From NCBI GenBank assembly GCA_977017575.1, contig CDRNVI010000019.1, positions 310,001 to 374,000 of the forward strand: DNA of 64,000 nucleotides. Reading direction: 5' to 3'. Positions 49,771-60,799 of this stretch are shown here, in pieces. The position numbers were made by a program, and so were the translations under genes. Numbering within the stretch: the stretch's first letter is position 1; each line of letters starts with the position of its first letter. Source of the DNA: Paramoeba atlantica. Lineage: Eukaryota > Protista > Discosea. A model generated the notes under the pieces. That model saw only the letters and a list, made by a program, of their open reading frames with translations. It was not told the DNA's origin and made no database searches.

Positions 49771-50793
49771 CTACGTACTCTCCTTCGGGGCTTCTTGATT
49801 TGAAGCTTCTAAATATTTAACCCACAACTGAGCCATTTGACAAAGTTTAACAACTGTCAACTTCCACATCGGCAGGGATGGGTCAACCGCTACCTCTTGT
49901 GAGATGTATGCCGCGACTTCCGGAGGCATAGCTCGAGTGAGACCTTTGTGCACCGCCTCCTTGTGACGACTACGAATAACCATTTTTAAAAACTGTGAGA
50001 GCGCCGCACCGTCCACAGACACCAAAGGAACGCGTCGAGGACGGAACGCAACAATGGCTGCAGGAGCTTGTGATGAGGGATAAAATGTTTCCTCCACGAG
50101 CGTTTTCTCAACCCGGGGTGCGAAATAATTCTGACACATGACGGAGAAATATCCAAACGAGTTTGTATCCGATGCAGCACATATTCTCTCGGCCACAGGT
50201 TGTTGGAAAAGGGCACGAAATGGCACGGCACCAAGTGAAAAAAGTCCCGTCCGCCGACTCGCTCCCACACAATATCTAAAAAGCAGTTTGTCTACAGTGT
50301 CAAACGGAACGTTTACGAACAAGGAGACCTCTGGATCGGCATCCCACGGTGAAGACCAATTCCGCTCTGGGAAGGTTTCGGCAATTAGAGCGGCTTCGTC
50401 GCAATTCAAAATGTCTGCATTAATCCACCGGAATCGATGCCCCGTTGTCCGCTGAATTCCTTCCAAATAGGTGTTATATTTTGTGTCCCCCTCAATACCC
50501 AATATTCCGTGACATGGTCGAGTGAGCAGACTTCGGGTCAGAGTGCCGGGACCGGATCCCACCTCCACAATAAGTTTCTTCTCCTGCGGGTGAATTGCCT
50601 GAACTAAAGTATGAGTTAGCTTGAGATTCATCATGAAGCGATTTCCTTTGTGTAGCTGGGGGAGCTCGTGTGATTTATGCACTTTATACATGTATCGCAC
50701 GTCCCCACCGCGCATGCGAGGGCCACCCGGACAACGGAGCGTGTCCACCCATTGTCGTCCTTTTTTCGTGAGGGGGACGCGCCGAACGTCCAT
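49771..50793 (-). CDS. KsgA/Dim1/TFB1M-family rRNA adenine dimethylase, mitochondrial-type
   Basis: NRFMMNLKLT..IVEVGSGPGTLTRSLL, GIEGD, NVPF and FQQPVAERIC. Confidence 0.8.
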   Translation of the reverse strand: MDVRRVPLTKKGRQWVDTLRCPGGPRMRGGDVRYMYKVHKSHELPQLHKGNRFMMNLKLTHTLVQAIHPQEKKLIVEVGSGPGTLTRSLLTRPCHGILGIEGDTKYNTYLEGIQRTTGHRFRWINADILNCDEAALIAETFPERNWSSPWDADPEVSLFVNVPFDTVDKLLFRYCVGASRRTGLFSLGAVPFRALFQQPVAERICAASDTNSFGYFSVMCQNYFAPRVEKTLVEETFYPSSQAPAAIVAFRPRRVPLVSVDGAALSQFLKMVIRSRHKEAVHKGLTRAMPPEVAAYISQEVAVDPSLPMWKLTVVKLCQMAQLWVKYLEASNQEAPKEST

Positions 50794-51033
50794 GAATTAC
50801 ATAAACTTTTATCTGAATATCAATTTGCCTTGTGGATTTGGTTCTGTCTTTATGTCACCGGTTTTCGGTAGTACGAAAAGTGTTGCAAGCAATACATCTT
50901 AAAAAAATTCATTTTAGGGAAATAAGACACATGATTATGGCTACATGCAAAATCTTAGTAAAGTTATAAGAATGATTACGCGCATGTATCATTGATGCAA
51001 TAATTCGTGCCAGACGCCTTTAGGAGTTATTGT

Positions 51034-52332
51034 TTAAATGGCGCAACCCCACAGACGAAGCACACAATCATCACATCCGGTCATGAGAGATTGCTGTGTT
51101 GGTGAAGCCTCAAGACTACGGGCAGTACTTGGGTGAATGAGGCGGCACAATTGCTGCTCAGAATGAACGTCATATCCTATTACTACGCAGTTCTCGGCGT
51201 CTGCATTTGTCACAATGACGTTCTCGCGGAAAAGGAACCGCGCGGTCGGTCGTTGAAGTGCATTCAGTTGCTGGGGCGTGCCATAGGTTCTTACCGCTGT
51301 GCAAAATTTTCGCAAATCCCACAAAATACAACGGTTGTCACGCCCGGCACTTAGCAAATAGTTGCCTGTACGTGAAAATCGAACACTGGTGACATCCACT
51401 CCGGAGTGCGCCTGTGTGTTGTTGTGCGTAAGCTCCGCACTCGCACCGTCCCACACTTTCAAAGTGCCATCTGCACTACCAGTTGCGAAGAGATCCCCAT
51501 CCGGGTGCAGCGCAAGATCCCAAACCGTGTGTTGATGCGCGTCGGATTCGGAGACGGCACTGGTCAAAGTGGCGCTGGTCTCTAAGTCGTGAATACGAAC
51601 TACGGGATGGTCTGTTCCATAGAACAGATATTTTCCATCGGGGTGAGCTGCTAAACATCGCACAGGGAAGTTGTCTTTAATCACGGACACAGCCTTGCGA
51701 GATTGCGGTCGCGTATAATCAAAAATGTGGATGAGACCATCCCTGCCACCAGAGAGAAGCACCGGCTGTGTGGGGTGGAACTGGAGAGCCAGGACGGGCT
51801 GTAAATGGTCTGTGAAAACGCGGCACAGAGTCTTAATTTCTTGTCCTTGTATAGTAGGGTACAAAGCGCGAGAGTGTATAGCATCCACGTCGTGGACATG
51901 AATTGTACCATCTATGTAACCACTGGCACAGTATTCGCCTTCGGGTGAATAGCATACCGAACATGCCGTACTCTTATGTGTCGCTGTGAATTGTTCACAA
52001 AATCGTGTCGAACGCTCGTCGGTAACATACTTAGGAATGAAAGGTACGAAGTCTTCTACCGTGTCGCGAGCTTTTGTTTTTGAACCCCATCCTAGCCGAT
52101 TCGTGGTTTCTTCGGATATAGCACACTCAGCAACATACTTCGCATGCCCCAGTGCGTCCCCCAATTTTCCAAGTGAAACGAGTTCGGATAATTTGTTTTC
52201 GTTAGAGTCAAGCGGTGAAGAAGTGCACATCGTACTGCGGCAAACTGCACGTGCCGCGTCGTGAAAGCCATCGGCATGCAATTGGGCAGCCATGAGCTGA
52301 TAAAGCTCTTCATGACTTGTACCATTCGTCAT
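51034..52332 (-). CDS. CSTF1: Cleavage stimulation factor 50-kDa subunit (WD40)
   Basis: N-terminal LYQLMAAQLHADGF dimerisation motif, then WD40 repeats with FHPTQPVLLSG and GTDHPVVRIHD. Confidence 0.8.
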   Translation of the reverse strand: MTNGTSHEELYQLMAAQLHADGFHDAARAVCRSTMCTSSPLDSNENKLSELVSLGKLGDALGHAKYVAECAISEETTNRLGWGSKTKARDTVEDFVPFIPKYVTDERSTRFCEQFTATHKSTACSVCYSPEGEYCASGYIDGTIHVHDVDAIHSRALYPTIQGQEIKTLCRVFTDHLQPVLALQFHPTQPVLLSGGRDGLIHIFDYTRPQSRKAVSVIKDNFPVRCLAAHPDGKYLFYGTDHPVVRIHDLETSATLTSAVSESDAHQHTVWDLALHPDGDLFATGSADGTLKVWDGASAELTHNNTQAHSGVDVTSVRFSRTGNYLLSAGRDNRCILWDLRKFCTAVRTYGTPQQLNALQRPTARFLFRENVIVTNADAENCVVIGYDVHSEQQLCRLIHPSTARSLEASPTQQSLMTGCDDCVLRLWGCAI

Positions 52333-52666
52333 TCTGAGTCAAACCGTGACAAATTAGAACGGAAAAAAAACTAAAAAATCTTGAAATACACATTTCATAT
52401 ATCCCCCCTGCCCCACGTAAAATACGTACTAGTCTAGTATGGCTCTGCTAATCACTGCAGATCATGCCTAATAAACTGTTAGTTCCGAAATTGATAATGC
52501 TATATTCAAAAGAATAGTAACGCTTTAAATAGTACACATACGTAATAAAATGTAATGGTTTAAATAACAGTTTGTATACGAGAACCATAACTCACGCTAT
52601 AACCGCGAATCTTTTTGCTTCTGCGATTATTATACCTCCGATCAATGAACCCGAGTATCAAACTTG

Positions 52667-53758
52667 CTAGTCACTCGCGTGTGGCATATCCTGTTCATCA
52701 ATAGAAGGTACGCTGTCATGATCGGAGAAAGATTCAGTGATACAATCTGCCATTTTCAAGTCCTCGCGTATCGTTCCAGCCTCGAGAGCAATTGCAGCAT
52801 GAATGCAGTTGTTTTCCACTAGTGGTAGGTTTTCTATGGGCTTTTCATTTTGTTCATCGGATGTGTCCGAAGGTTCTGCTAACCTTCGACCCGGATCAAG
52901 CTGCAGATAGTGAAACACATCAGTGTCATAGGATGCGCACTTCGATCCGTCTAAAGATCTCGTTGAAAGTAGACTTTCATGCTTTAACATAGACGTACAA
53001 TTGGCGTTTGCTTCGAATCGTTCCACTTTTTCAGGCAAGTCGCTTTCGTAAAGAGAAGGGCGAATCGGTTGGTTAACCAAGGTGATCAGAGCTAAACTGG
53101 TTAGCATTACTGTACGTTGCTCTGCATTAGTGCAAGAAGCAATGCTACACTTCAGGCGTCGGAGAATATGTGACATGAAAGAAGGAGCTTGTGGTCGCGA
53201 GAAAGCTATAATAGCCTGTACCCAAAGGTTTGCCTGAAAATCATAAGGTTGATGAAGAAAAAGTTGTAGGATGCAACCTTCTAGATCCGTCCTCAAAGAA
53301 ATATCGAGGAATGGCATTGCACTGACATATAGGGCTCGAGAAATACGCAGTGCTAAATTAAAAGTATCTTTATCGTTCTCTGGAGACCATGGGGGCATGT
53401 CTCTATCTTTCATGGCTACGAGAAGTCGTGACGCTGACCGTACCCCAAACAGCACACCAACGGACTCAGTACACAACATTAGCAATTGTAACACTTCTCC
53501 TGGTTCACGAGATGTGCGCCTCCAAGCGACGCACAATGCCTCCAAGATAGCTTCAGAAAAAGGGAGGTAAAAAGCAAGTAAAGAAGAGGCTCTTCTAGAA
53601 TCCTGCGCGGTTTGAGTTGTTTGACGAGAGTCTAGTGAATTTAACAACCGTTTCATGGAACCAAGTCGGAGATTTTCTTTTCTTGACACCAAACTGGAGC
53701 ACATTTTGGTTACCACTGTTTCCACCCCAACAGTAAAATTTTCTGCCTTGTTTTCCAT
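52667..53758 (-). CDS. Hypothetical helical protein
   Basis: 363-aa ATG ORF on the coding strand. No family recognised. Confidence 0.65.
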   Translation of the reverse strand: MENKAENFTVGVETVVTKMCSSLVSRKENLRLGSMKRLLNSLDSRQTTQTAQDSRRASSLLAFYLPFSEAILEALCVAWRRTSREPGEVLQLLMLCTESVGVLFGVRSASRLLVAMKDRDMPPWSPENDKDTFNLALRISRALYVSAMPFLDISLRTDLEGCILQLFLHQPYDFQANLWVQAIIAFSRPQAPSFMSHILRRLKCSIASCTNAEQRTVMLTSLALITLVNQPIRPSLYESDLPEKVERFEANANCTSMLKHESLLSTRSLDGSKCASYDTDVFHYLQLDPGRRLAEPSDTSDEQNEKPIENLPLVENNCIHAAIALEAGTIREDLKMADCITESFSDHDSVPSIDEQDMPHASD

Positions 53759-54007
53759 CGCTTTCGGAGTTCCCTTAGTTCCGTACCGAAGGATGCATTC
53801 TTCTATACTGTATAGTAGTTGTTATGTTGATATTTGAAAAGCAAAATGTATAATGCATGTATTTTAAAGTCGCGTTGCTCCGTATGCTTAATCTGTTTTT
53901 CCTCTCAATTAATGTTCAAGTGAAAAAATTACAAATAAGCTATCAGAACGAGATCCAACTCGCTCAAGAAATACCACTGTTTCATCTATGAAGTAAAACA
54001 GTGTGTT

Positions 54008-55345
54008 TTAATCGTCCGTCAAGTCATCAAAAGAGTCGGGAACAATATCAGATACTTCACTTGAATGGCTATGATCATCGAGAACCAAGCCGACTTGTTC
54101 TTCGTCGGAGGTCGAGATCGTTCCAGAAACGTTAATAAAAAATCGTCGAGGGCGAGGTATATGTTCGTGCAATGGATTCCTCTGCCACATAATTGGTTTC
54201 GAAAATAGATATCGGCTTTCACTGAGGCCCTCTTTTCTTTTCACATTGCTTTCGCAAACTTGTGTTCTTACGCAAGTTACCGGTCGCCAGCTTGACCAAT
54301 TATTGTTGAAGAATTGTACCGTTCCAACATCGGGATCTTCAAATACCACTGTGTGAGTGCCGTCAGAAAGTCGGACCTCGTCTCTACCAAAATTGAAAGC
54401 AATCTGAATTTCTTTAGCGACTGCTGACGAATATGCAGTCCATGCACGTGAATCGTCATCACGCAATCGCAAGTGTGACTTCCAAAACCACTGTTCAGAA
54501 GCATTCGAGTTTTCTTCTGTACAACAGCTCGATAATTGTTCAAGGTTTACGCTCTGATGTACGGATCTGTCCAGCTCGCTCGATGATGCGCTGCTCAAAC
54601 ATACGGTGTCCCTTGCTACATTTGGGGGATGCAACCCTGTGTTGCTTTGCTGTGATGACTCTTGCTTATGAATTTTAATGTCATCTGATACAGACTCCAA
54701 TTCGATTCGATCATTCGAAGGTTCAGCAAGCGGGTAATGAATTTCACCCCTCACAGTGGCTATTTCCGTGCTACGGACAACAAAGAGCGGTAATGAAGAA
54801 AGTTCTCCCTTTCCGTACTCATTTTCTTGCGTCGGTGATTCGTGTCTGGGGTGAACAACAGCAATCACATCTCCTTCTGAAAGGTAGCTCACGTTCGTTA
54901 TTTCTTGGAAACTGCGCTTCCTCAATTCAACGCCATTAACAAACGTTTTATTCTGTCCAAAGTGTTCAATGGCCAGTCTGGGAGACACATCGGATGTATC
55001 ATTAAAGTCGTTCTTCTGACAGTATCCAACAGTGAAATGATGCCGCGAAACCAGTGTAGACAATATTCTTTGGCCCGGCGGAATCAACTCATCTCGACCA
55101 AATCGCCACGTGGGATGCAAATGTCTCACGCACAAAGAAGAACTAATGGATTGATTACATTCTTTGGGTGGTGTGGCCGAACTGTCCAACACATATCTGG
55201 TCTCAGGAGTCATAGAAGAGCTGACGTGAGGCGAGGCTACTTCATTCATATTCTCTGTATCGTACAGCAGCGGAATAGAAATGCCAGAATGGTTATCTTC
55301 GCTATGCAATTCATTGCATCTGTCAATGCGCTCAAGGTACCACAT
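54008..55345 (-). CDS. FHA- and WWE-like domain protein
   Basis: FGR..VSRHH..GQNKTFVNG (FHA) and QWFWK..WTAYSSAVAKEIQIAF (WWE). Confidence 0.65.
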   Translation of the reverse strand: MWYLERIDRCNELHSEDNHSGISIPLLYDTENMNEVASPHVSSSMTPETRYVLDSSATPPKECNQSISSSLCVRHLHPTWRFGRDELIPPGQRILSTLVSRHHFTVGYCQKNDFNDTSDVSPRLAIEHFGQNKTFVNGVELRKRSFQEITNVSYLSEGDVIAVVHPRHESPTQENEYGKGELSSLPLFVVRSTEIATVRGEIHYPLAEPSNDRIELESVSDDIKIHKQESSQQSNTGLHPPNVARDTVCLSSASSSELDRSVHQSVNLEQLSSCCTEENSNASEQWFWKSHLRLRDDDSRAWTAYSSAVAKEIQIAFNFGRDEVRLSDGTHTVVFEDPDVGTVQFFNNNWSSWRPVTCVRTQVCESNVKRKEGLSESRYLFSKPIMWQRNPLHEHIPRPRRFFINVSGTISTSDEEQVGLVLDDHSHSSEVSDIVPDSFDDLTDD

Positions 55346-55761
55346 TTTCTGGTGACCTATGACCTACTTAGATGCTGCAACCAGAATTCATGTGATGTAG
55401 TATGTATACTGTAGCTGCACACTATTCATGACTCTGTAATGGTTGTACATTAGTTATACAGTTTATGTATACAATACTATGACACTGAGATATCTATATT
55501 CAAGATGAAAGGGAATATCATATTAGCTACCAAACTCCTACAAACTTTCCCAAAAGTATGAAGATCATGATCTTACAACAAAAACTTCAGTGCGGTTAAA
55601 TTACTGTCCCCACTATTCAGTGTTGAGTGAAATTTGGCTAAATTCAACACTAAGTTATTTGGGGGTTGAGCACTCAATAGTAAATTGGGGGGACAGTAGT
55701 ATCCCAAACCCATCGTTATCCGAGCAAAAACTTGAATATGAGTACATGCTCAAGATGAGCG

Positions 55762-56568
55762 CTAGTATACTAAAGGAAACATTTTCCATCGAGGGAGCTG
55801 CATCTTCCCGTAATGTGATTCGTACCATTCATACTGTTCCCTGGCTGTCAAACCCAAATTTATCGCGGTAAAAAGGGCTGGAAAGTAACAAAGTGTCCCT
55901 CTTTGTACATTACACAAGGTCAGTATAAAGTAAAAAATAGTTTCGCAGGTGTAATGAGGGAAAATGATGTAACGAAAAGTGGGCAATGCGTACGCTGGTG
56001 AAGAAGAATCGATTTTACGTAGCAAATATAATTGATGGTGTGCATAAGATTGGGCAGCTTGGCAAGTCATGCATAAACTTAAAGCACCCCAACAAACGTT
56101 GCTTGCATAAATTATTTCCTCACCAGCGTAAAAGAATGGATTTGAAAGAAAGTATGACAATGGTGTAGCAATATAGAAGGAGGCTCCAGCGAATGACTGA
56201 ACAAGCCCTACGTTTGGAGATCTTGTAGATCGATGCCATATTAATGTCTCAAGCATGCGACGCGCGCAATGGAAAGCAAGTATGGCTAATGCGGTGGTAT
56301 TTCTTGGGGAAGCAAAAGTTATTTGTGACCAAGCAAGCGCTGAACATGAAAATAATAAACCGGTGAGGTAAAACATCGTAAAACAGAGCGGTCTTGTGAT
56401 TCGAAATTTTCTCCATCGCGATGTCGCCAGTGATTGTGAGTTGTACAAAAAGGCAGCCTTTCCATAAGAACACCATGCACGAAACTGAACAGAGAAATAC
56501 CTCAATGCAAGGGATGCAACAGCGAGAATCCAATATAAATGCAAGAGGTTGCATACATGCTCTTCCAT
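55762..56568 (-). CDS. Polyprenol reductase / steroid 5-alpha-reductase family (SRD5A3/DFG10-like)
   Basis: SYGK, HCARRMLET, HHQLYLLRK and FRYIIFPHYTCE; multiple TM segments. Confidence 0.8.
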   Translation of the reverse strand: MEEHVCNLLHLYWILAVASLALRYFSVQFRAWCSYGKAAFLYNSQSLATSRWRKFRITRPLCFTMFYLTGLLFSCSALAWSQITFASPRNTTALAILAFHCARRMLETLIWHRSTRSPNVGLVQSFAGASFYIATPLSYFLSNPFFYAGEEIIYASNVCWGALSLCMTCQAAQSYAHHQLYLLRKIDSSSPAYALPTFRYIIFPHYTCETIFYFILTLCNVQRGTLCYFPALFTAINLGLTAREQYEWYESHYGKMQLPRWKMFPLVY

Positions 56569-56952
56569 TTCTTCAAACGAGTCCTACGAGGGATATCTTG
56601 CTCGAGGTTCAACGACCTGGATAGTTACACGTAGAGCCCTCTATGCTCATGCGAAAAAGCGAACGATAGCACTACGTTTTTATTTTTCCACGAAACTATA
56701 ACAATCAATTATCGACTTTTTCTGTACATTATCCAGCACGTCGATAATCTAAGGAAATGGCAAACTAGACAACGAAATTTTAAGAACTTGCAAAGTTGGG
56801 GCAAGTAGGCACGTATATGTAAAAAGAAATTATCACAACATACAGGGTTAATGTCCAAATAAGGATTCCGACTTTTTCGATTTAATCTCCTAGCCACAAT
56901 GCATCAGCATTGTTTTCTTTTCGTTTTTAAACTGGAACAGACATCCACGCAG

Positions 56953-57957
56953 TTACTTCTTTAGTGAAACAACAGTGCCTCGTACAGGATCATCGTACAC
57001 ATCAAAAAATTTATCTTGGTGTGCACGAATTACTCGCTCAAACATGTTAAAACTAGGATGAACAAATTCTTGGTAAGCCGGGCAATGCAATTCCAGTTCT
57101 TTCATAATGAACTGCGAGTCACACTCCCCGTGCCGATCAATAACTCCACGAAGGAAGTCGTGCACCTGTGTTTCCGCAGCATGGCGCGTGTAATCCCTAC
57201 GACGATCTTCCTCAATCATTATATGTAAGTGTTCTCTTAACGCTAGGCGAAGTTCGTTCGCATGACATGTGTGCGTTATATTATACCTTTTGATTTCCTC
57301 TGCGGAGTATTTAAAGAGATGAAACATCTGTTTATGAGCGCTTAAAAAGCCGTGCCACTTTCCATCGTAGAGTTTCGGAACAGTTAGGGGGTAGTGATAA
57401 GAAATTAGGACCAGAGATTGAACATAAGTCGATGGCAAGCTTCCGTGATACTTCTCATTTTTAAATACCTCGGCAACTTCCTGGACTAAACATTCTTCGT
57501 CGGTCTTTAGCGACCTGGCTACACGACGGGCCTCTATTTCAACCTTTCGGGTATCTTTAGCGATGCGAGTAATCTCAAATGTTATGTGTTCAGGATACTT
57601 TGCGTGCATGTAGCTAAGTTTGTGAAGTGTGTTCGCCTTCGAAAGGACGCCCAGAGCGTATGCCTCAGAATCTATAATGAGGCGCGCCTCAAGGATAGGG
57701 GATGTTCTGCCATCAGTGGAATAATAATTCCCGTAATCAGCAATAAGAAACACACAGTGCAGAGATAACGGAGTAGCAAGCTGACCTGAGGCCATATCAT
57801 AATCGGGCACCTTCAGAAAGAGATCTCTCTCCGCTACTTGAGTCGTATTCATTGTTTCACCTATGCAGTGTGGAATTCGAACTTTTAATATCTGCCGCGC
57901 AGCATTTACATACAATACGGCATGCGGCGATGTAGGTGACAAAGAGGTTTCGTTCAT
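56953..57957 (-). CDS. Hypothetical protein
   Basis: 334-aa ATG ORF of ordinary composition. No family recognised. Confidence 0.7.
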   Translation of the reverse strand: MNETSLSPTSPHAVLYVNAARQILKVRIPHCIGETMNTTQVAERDLFLKVPDYDMASGQLATPLSLHCVFLIADYGNYYSTDGRTSPILEARLIIDSEAYALGVLSKANTLHKLSYMHAKYPEHITFEITRIAKDTRKVEIEARRVARSLKTDEECLVQEVAEVFKNEKYHGSLPSTYVQSLVLISYHYPLTVPKLYDGKWHGFLSAHKQMFHLFKYSAEEIKRYNITHTCHANELRLALREHLHIMIEEDRRRDYTRHAAETQVHDFLRGVIDRHGECDSQFIMKELELHCPAYQEFVHPSFNMFERVIRAHQDKFFDVYDDPVRGTVVSLKK

Positions 57958-58112
57958 AAACGAAGATATAACTTCTAACGAAAATAAAAATAATAAACTT
58001 ATTGAAGTAACGATGCTTTTGGCTATGAAGTGTTACAATTCTTGCTTTTCACGCTTTTTAGAGGACGAAGGAGGGTACAGTGTCGCTTTATCAACTCGCT
58101 AAAGGGTAAATA

Positions 58113-59668
58113 CAGGGGGGTGCACGAAAAAGACACTTAATCTGAAATTCGTATAACTTGTCCGATTTTGGAAAATAGTAGCGCATTCGAGAGCTCTCGA
58201 AATACTGAGTGTCGTAGTGGAGCGCCTTTTTCGTTTTGTTTGGGTTCATAAAAGGTTTTTCCCTTCTCATTATTTTTTTGTGAAAAAACTTGCAGATTTC
58301 CTTTTCTCTGAAGAATTCTTCGGTTTTTCCGCGTAAAATGACTTCTCGCGAACCAATATTGGGAGAAGCTCTTACAGATCTGGACAGGTCAAGCTAACCC
58401 ATCGTATGCTCCTCGTTGAACACTATTATCGCGTGGGATCGATCCGAGCCACTGCACGCCACTACAATGTGACTAGCTGTACAGTTCGTCGTTGGGTTCA
58501 ACGTCACGAGGAAACGGATGATGTTTCGTGGACCCCAACTAGTCGCTCCAACCCTGTGATCACCCCTGCCTTTATGATGGACAGTATCGCGGTAATGGAT
58601 CACCTAAACGCAACACTTCCCCTACGTTGCCCTTCATGGACCTTCTTGCATAAAGAAGTTTTAAAACAAACGGGCTCATAGTGCAGCCGAAGAGCCTTTA
58701 TTAGAGCCCTAAAGGAAGAAGGTAATGTGCAACGAGGTTCCCCAAGAGTACCCAATCTCACTTCTCGGCGCAAAAGGCTTGAGAAAGGCTTGAGTTCTCC
58801 CAGGTGATGTCCTCGTGGACCGATTCGCAATTGCAAAAAAAATTTGGACGGACGAGAAGAAGTTCACATGCGGACTACGGAACAGAAAGGTCTCTTACAT
58901 TTGCCGAAGCACCGACCCACCTTTGGAAGGGCTACCAGAAATGCAAAAGTGGCATGGGGGGGAAGGTATCATGATATGGATGGGAGTTAGTCTAGAATAT
59001 GGAATATTCTTTTTTGAGTTCCCTGACAAGGATGAAAATGGAAACAAACAAACTGTTAACTCGCAAAATTTTATGGCAGCAATGACAAGAAACAAAGGAT
59101 TTTTCAACGTTCTAAAACGCCATCAAGGAGCAAGTGTTGTCATGGATGGCAGCCCTGTGCATAACAGAGCTAAATCTCTATTTAGAAATGAATGTGTGAA
59201 AGTTCTTCCTTGGCCCTCCAGATCCCCCGATTTGAATGTTATTGGAAATATTTTTTCGAATCAGGTCAGGGCTAGTTGACCAGAAGAACCCCCACAACCG
59301 TCAAGAACTTCGCCAGACAATCAATGATTCGATCTTTATTTACAGAGTGATGGGAGACAAGTATACGAAAATACATTAAAAAGCGCCCCGAAGCATTTCA
59401 TTGCATGTATTGAAAACGATGGGGGGCATTGTGGGTACTATGTAATAAATATAACAACTGCACATAATTTGTCTGGAAATCTTCACTTGCAGATTTTCGA
59501 AAAGTGCAGTTTTTTGACCGTTCCTACTTCTGAGTAATGAAAGATTGCAAAAAAAGCGCTCCACTACGACACTCAGTATTTCGAGAGCTCTCGAATGCGC
59601 TATTATTTTCTAAAATTGGACAAGTTATACGAATTTTAGACTATGTGTCTTTTTCGTGCTCCCCCCTG
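58113..59668 (+). mobile_element. Tc1/mariner DNA transposon, 1556 bp, inactive
   Basis: TA TSD (58111-58112, 59669-59670); ~118-bp TIRs starting CAGGGGGG with 8 mismatches; transposase remnants inside. Confidence 0.92.
58338..59450 (+). pseudogene. Disrupted Tc1-type transposase
   Basis: HTH (SIRATARHYNVTSCTVRRW), WTDEKKF, MDGSPVH, WPSRSPDLNVIGN and the terminal ACIENDGGHCGY. Broken by frameshifts, a TAG at 58679-58681 and an 11-bp duplication AAAGGCTTGAG. Confidence 0.88.
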
Positions 59669-59691
59669 TATATTAAATGTTAAATTATTTA

Positions 59692-60300
59692 TTAAAACAG
59701 GAATGACTCGCCACATCCACACTGACCTTTAATGTTGGGATTCCTAAACACAAATCTTTCTTCTGTTGGTGATGAAACGTAATCTAATGTAGTTCCAATT
59801 ACGTAAAAGAGTGCAGACTTATCTATAGTAAGCTTAAAATCCGGAGTACTTATTGTATCTTCATCTAAGTTTTTCTCGATAGATGCCGTCGCATATTCCA
59901 TGACGTAGGAATAACCGCTACAACCGCGTCGTTTTACACTTAGCCGAATGCTGTTATGTGGCTCAGGAACACGACTTTGTAGCACACGTAGTTGGCGCTT
60001 TGCTGTATCTGTGATATCAATGACCTTTTTATTTTTATTTTCTCGCATTCTCCTTTGCAAGGCACTTTCATTTTGATGATCTACAGCGATTGAAGAGATT
60101 ACGCTTGGTACAGAGCGGTTAGAAAATGTTGTAAATAACGAAGGTCTATTTTTCGGAACAGTCGAAGGGATGCGTCTTTGTTTGTAATCTACGCTCCTAA
60201 TTTCAGTAGAAGAACGGAGTAAGAGGCAGTTACAAAACCACCTTGCTGTCCACCACATGTCAGTTCGAACTGTTCTTTTCGTAGCACGTAGTGAATGCAT
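59692..60300 (-). CDS. ISCA1: Iron-sulfur cluster assembly protein IscA (mitochondrial ISCA1-like)
   Basis: RLSVKRRGCSGYSY, IGTTLDY and FVFRNPNIKGQCGCGESF. First ATG 60300. Confidence 0.9.
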   Translation of the reverse strand: MHSLRATKRTVRTDMWWTARWFCNCLLLRSSTEIRSVDYKQRRIPSTVPKNRPSLFTTFSNRSVPSVISSIAVDHQNESALQRRMRENKNKKVIDITDTAKRQLRVLQSRVPEPHNSIRLSVKRRGCSGYSYVMEYATASIEKNLDEDTISTPDFKLTIDKSALFYVIGTTLDYVSSPTEERFVFRNPNIKGQCGCGESFLF

Positions 60301-60568
60301 TTTAAGCAAAGAAGAAGTTGGTTACAAATTTCTAAAAGAAAATTCATAGAAAACATCACTCTGTAAAAAGGTTTAATTATTTGGCAGTTCTCATTTTCAA
60401 AAATCAAGAGAAGCTTTTGGTCCTTGATAAGGAGTTTATACAGCGAAGCGCTTTCGCGACACTTTCTTCCCATCTATTTTCCTTTGACAAAGTAGAAAGG
60501 TGAGTTTCACTGGACGACGATGCTCCAAACAAATTCCCTAAAACAATAAAAATTATACTCAATGCGAG

Positions 60569-60799
60569 CTAGAACAGGCGCCAGAATAAGGATGTCAGTG
60601 CCAGCAAGACGTACATACGGGCGGCGGAGAAGCAACTCTGCGCTTTCGTCTCAAGGTCCCAAATTTCTTCTCTGGAGTTAGAGTACATGACGAATGTGGG
60701 ATGTCTGCATTGGAGAAGCATTCCAAACATGAAGAGCAGCAGGAACGCTGTACAAAAGTAGGCAGTAATTATGTTCAAAAGTATCGGGGGTCGTTTCAT
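60569..60799 (-). CDS. Small two-TM protein, RNASEK / V-ATPase subunit f-like
   Basis: 76 aa with two hydrophobic helices; AQSCFSAARMY resembles the family CFxAAxxY motif. Confidence 0.5.
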   Translation of the reverse strand: MKRPPILLNIITAYFCTAFLLLFMFGMLLQCRHPTFVMYSNSREEIWDLETKAQSCFSAARMYVLLALTSLFWRLF

